Below, in pieces: positions 59,982-64,000 of a stretch of 64,000 nt of DNA. Made by a program: the position numbers and the translations under genes. Under the pieces are notes generated by a model, which was given only the letters and a program-made list of their open reading frames with translations, ran no database searches and was not told the DNA's origin. This stretch comes from Schmidtea nova (Eukaryota). Location of the stretch: positions 204,414,001 to 204,478,000 of the forward strand of contig CM097883.1 of assembly GCA_044892505.1 (NCBI GenBank). Direction: 5' to 3'. Every line of letters starts with the position of its first letter. Positions within the stretch are counted from its first letter, which is position 1.

Positions 59982-60555
59982 TATACAACAAAAAATTGCA
60001 GTTATTTTAATAACTAAAAGCACAGGAGAATTTAAAATTAGAGAAAAATAATGAACGTTAAAAAGATGGATTCAAATGAAGATATGCAATCAGCTACTAT
60101 TAAATCAAAACACAAACCAAGTTTTTGCACGGCTATTAAAAAGAACAAGCAATTTTACTCAATAATAAATATCTTACTCGTGTTTTACTTCAATTTAATT
60201 TTTTACCTAATTCAGTTTAACGCAGAATGGGGTACCGAATATCAGAACCCCACAAAAGAATTGACGTTGGGCTAAAGCTCATAATCTTTAACTGAAAAAG
60301 AATAAACCGTTATTCAATTTTAAAATTTAACTGAGTCAATAATACTTGTTGCTCATTATTTGTGAATAATTCATTTTTGGTTAAAATGTTGAATAAAATC
60401 CTACAGCTCATTATACAAATGTGGGTATTATACTGAATATTTTACTGTACTTAATTAAATACAAGTTGGACTAGTATAATATACATATAATAAATATATT
60501 GCATTAATTTTAGATAAATTATATAAAAAAATATTTATTCATTTTCATATCCTAC

Positions 60556-60643
60556 TTTAATATCTGGAATTTTTATTCTTTCCAATGGATTCTTGTTTAA
60601 CATTTTGTGCAAAAGATCCACAACTCCTACTGATACTGAAGGA
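60556..60643 (-). CDS. CAMKK: CaM-kinase kinase, penultimate coding exon
   Basis: AG/GT-flanked 88-nt exon PSVSVGVVDLLHKMLNKNPLERIKIPDIK (kinase subdomain XI) splices in frame to IHPW. Confidence 0.85.
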
Positions 60644-60970
60644 CTAAAGAAAATAAATGAATTAAAAATAAAAAATTAATAATATAAAAATTTGAAAATT
60701 AGAAGTATTACAAACACATTTCACTACTAGAATAATACTAGAGTTAGATAATAAACTATGCCAAAAATCTCTTCAAATAATGAACGTTACTAATTTATTT
60801 GCTTTATGTTTAAATATAANNNNNNNNNNNNNNNNNNNNNNNNNNNNNNNNNNNNNNNNNNNNNNNNNNNNNNNNNNNNNNNNNNNNNNNNNNNNNNNNN
60901 NNNNNNNNNNNNNNNNNNNNNNNNNNNNNNNNNNNNNNNNNNNNNNNNNNNNNNNNNNNNNNNNNNNNNN

Positions 60971-61188
60971 TTCACCTTTGATCTTTTTTTATTATTATTA
61001 TCAATAATTCTCATAATGACTATAGATCAAAATTTTTTTTTATAAACAATAACACAATATTTCGGCACAGCCTTTATCAAGTGTGTATTATACACACTTG
61101 ATAAAGGCTGTGCCGAAATATTGTGTTATTGTTTATAAAAAAAATTTTGATCTATAGTCATTATGAGAATTATTGATAATAATAATAT
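60971..61188. repeat. AT-rich foldback repeat, ~95-bp arms
   Basis: Near-perfect palindrome centred near 61088; same family as 36608-36808. Confidence 0.9.
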
Positions 61189-61191
61189 ATA

Positions 61192-64000
61192 CAGCGCCGG
61201 CTCTAGCGGTACTATCACCCCGATGCAAGTTCCTGTTTAGCGCCCTGAATAAAAAAATATATCAACAAACTCAAATACAAATTAAACTATATTGATTATT
61301 GTATATTATTTGAAATTAAACATTTATTTGTTATCAAATGTAATTAACAGATATCAATTATACATAAAATAAATTGCACGATGAATTCAAAATTTTATTT
61401 TTCTTGCTTTTATCGAAGCAAATTCATCCAAAATATCATTAATTTTTATTTCTTCGCAGATATCGCTTTCAATTGCAATCATTGCCAACCCAACTAATCT
61501 CTCTTGAGAAATACTTGATCGCAAATATGTCTTAATTAGTTTAAGTCTAGAAAATGATCTTTCGCCACTTGCGACAGAAACTGGTAGAGTTAATAGTGTC
61601 CGCAAAGATATTGTTAAATTTGGAAATATCCCAAATAAATCTTTTGTATATATATACTGTAAAATATTTAAGGGATCATAATTGTTTAGTGGCGTTATTG
61701 TATCTTTAAATATAAACAGTTCATTATATAACTCTGAAGAATTTATGTCTATTTCTTCACCATCAGTTAATACAGTTTGTAAATCGGTACATTTAATTTT
61801 CATTACTTCATCACCCAAATTATAAATTTCATTAAAATTTATAAGAAATTGAAACTTTTCAGTATGACTATTCAGAAGTTCGAATCTCTCTATTAAGGAG
61901 TTAATTGCACTGTCCACAATTGGAAGAAAGAATGAAATTTTATAGTTCTGTTCCGGGTCTCTCGGCCTCTCATCACTACATTCGTAATAAAACATACGTT
62001 TTTTACGCCGTCGTAATGGATTTTCTTTAAATTGAGGACAAATATCTACATCTTCTGCCAAGGTTACAGCTTTTTTTATTATATTGTTAAAATTGTCATC
62101 TAAGCGGAATTCTTTAAAAAAAGTTATTAAATTATTTAAACATTTTGTTGATTCATTTAGGTTGGTACTTGAAGATTGGAACATTTTGCTCACAACATTA
62201 ATTCTGCTTAAAATCTCGTACCAAATTATTAGCGAACAAATAAATTCGTAGTCAAGCTTCATTGCTAAAGATTTAGCTTCAGATTTTGTATTATTGTCAT
62301 TATTTTCATTATCGTATATGGCAAGTAAAGCATCTAAATAATCTCCAATATTGTTTCTTAATGGGCTAAGTGCTTCAATTCTTGATTCCCACCGAGTATC
62401 CGATAAAGGTTTGAGCGTAATTTTACTAAATTGTTTTAACACATCCCAACGTTTTGTTGAAGCACTGAAAAAATTGTAAAGTTCTTGTATAATACCAAAA
62501 AAAATTATAGTTTCTGTATTAACTTTCGCCGCATCACTGACCACTAAATTCAAGGTGTGAGCCGCACATGGAACAAAGAATGCTCGTGGATTCTCATTCA
62601 AAATACGTCTTTGAACACCGCTATGCTTACCGCGCATATTAGCACCATTACCATATCCCTGTCCATGTAAATGTTTTATATTTAAATCTAATTCTTTTAG
62701 TTTTTCAACTATGCATCTGAACAAACCTTCGCCAGTAGAATCATTTATTTCTACGAAACCCAAGAAATGTTCTTCTACGGTAATCTGGTTCTTTCATTTT
62801 TGTGGACAAATCTGACAATTACAGTCGTTTGTTCAGTGTGACTTATGTCGGGAGTACAATCCAATATTATGGAAAAATATTTGGCATTACTTACCCTCTG
62901 GATAATAGCATTCACACATTTTTTTGAAATTAAAGATATTATTTCATTTTGGATATTTTTTCCCAAATAATGGACGGTGTCTTTTTGTATGTTCTGAATT
63001 TTTGCGAGATGAGTTTCCATTACAATATCAAATTTAGAAAATAGTTCAACTAATTTTAAAAAATTACCATTGTTTTTCTGAAAAATTATATCTGACGAGC
63101 CGCGAAGAGCTAAATTTTGTTTAGCGAGATATTTTATTATTTCAACAATTCTTTCTAACACACTACGCCAATGTCGTTTTTCCCTTTCATATACCTTTTC
63201 AAGTTCACTATCTATTGTGGTATGTTTCTCCAACTGTTTTTTTAGTTGAACCCATTTTATAAACGATGTTAAATGTGATCTACTTACTTCATGGAAACTT
63301 AATGTCTTTGATAAATTTTGCCAATTTGAGAAACCATCTGTTGTTAAATGACTTTTTTCACCTGCAAATAATTTGCAACAAGAACAGAATACGTAGTTTT
63401 TAGAAGATGAATATTTGAGCCACGTTCGTGAAACAGTTTCATTATTTGCTATCTTACGATAATAATAATTATTACTAAAACTACGACCAGAATCATCTCG
63501 TGGATATAATTTATTTTTTATCTGTACCATCGCACCTTGCTCAATAATAACTTTTCGTATTTTGTCATTAATAATTTCCGGCCAAGTGGCTGGATCATTT
63601 GAATTAAATGAACTAAAATCTTCACTTGCTGTTTCGCTTCCTTGCACTGTATTTTTTGTTTGTTGTGGTGAAGATAAATTATATTCAGAAGTTGACATGT
63701 TTTCATGTTCATTGTGTTGATCTGGTAATGCTAAAGAATGTGAATCAGTAACTTTTTCTACTGTGACTGAATGTAGATTTTGCTGTTCATTGTTAGTACT
63801 ATTTATATTTACAGAGCTGTTATCGTTTTTTTTAAAAAATTTGGTCAATTGACCTTTTAGCTTCTTTTCTTGAATTTCTCCCAGCGCTTTTCTTTTCCGG
63901 TACTCTGCTCCAGATAATTTCTTTTATTCCATTTTTAAAATTTTTGGGTAAGATACTGCAAAATTTTAATAATTTAAAATACATAAAATTGATAAAAATC
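61192..64000 (-). mobile_element. hAT transposon (ZMYM1-like), running off the window, upstream of the CaMKK exons and probably intronic
   Basis: TIR-like CAGCGCCGGCTCTAG at 61192. Transposase split by a frameshift into 62775-63848 (WLKYS...VFCSCCKLF, FSIILDCTPDISH) and 61387-62763 (CAAHTLNLV, SDTRWESR, GERSFSRLKLIK). Confidence 0.9.

Noticed and set aside
60051-60275. 74-aa plus-strand ORF with a hydrophobic stretch
   Set aside because: Antisense within a CaMKK intron, AT-rich composition explains it, no homology recognised.

Overview
AT-rich eukaryotic (metazoan) genomic DNA with six N gaps, dominated by nested transposable elements. The ~48-nt introns and a BIR-bearing giant-retroelement remnant suggest a planarian flatworm; that is inference only. 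Host genes: two convergent cdc25 phosphatase copies inside an inverted duplication (~19.9-31.0 kb vs ~35.6-49.3 kb), the last two exons of a CaMKK gene, and a decayed cadherin-repeat fragment. Mobile DNA: one young intact Ty3/gypsy element (20899-28354), a small decayed gypsy element, an envelope-bearing LTR element, an integrase-BIR-RING remnant, three hAT elements, two piggyBacs, a DD34E Tc1/IS630, a non-autonomous Helitron, MITEs, foldback hairpins and a protein-primed PolB remnant. The standout is the intact gypsy element. Its LTRs carry a captured NOMO N-terminus (signal peptide plus first domain). In the 5' LTR this reads in frame into an ORF1 of Q/N/S-rich linker, hydrophobic segment, 74-aa ubiquitin-like domain ending LYGG, then Gag. 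This predicts a membrane-tethered Gag that a host deubiquitinase could release. Also notable: an IAP-like BIR/BIR/RING cassette behind a gypsy integrase, and an LTR element ordered gag - chuvirus-like glycoprotein - protease/pol. All family calls come from motif recognition by eye; no database searches were run.
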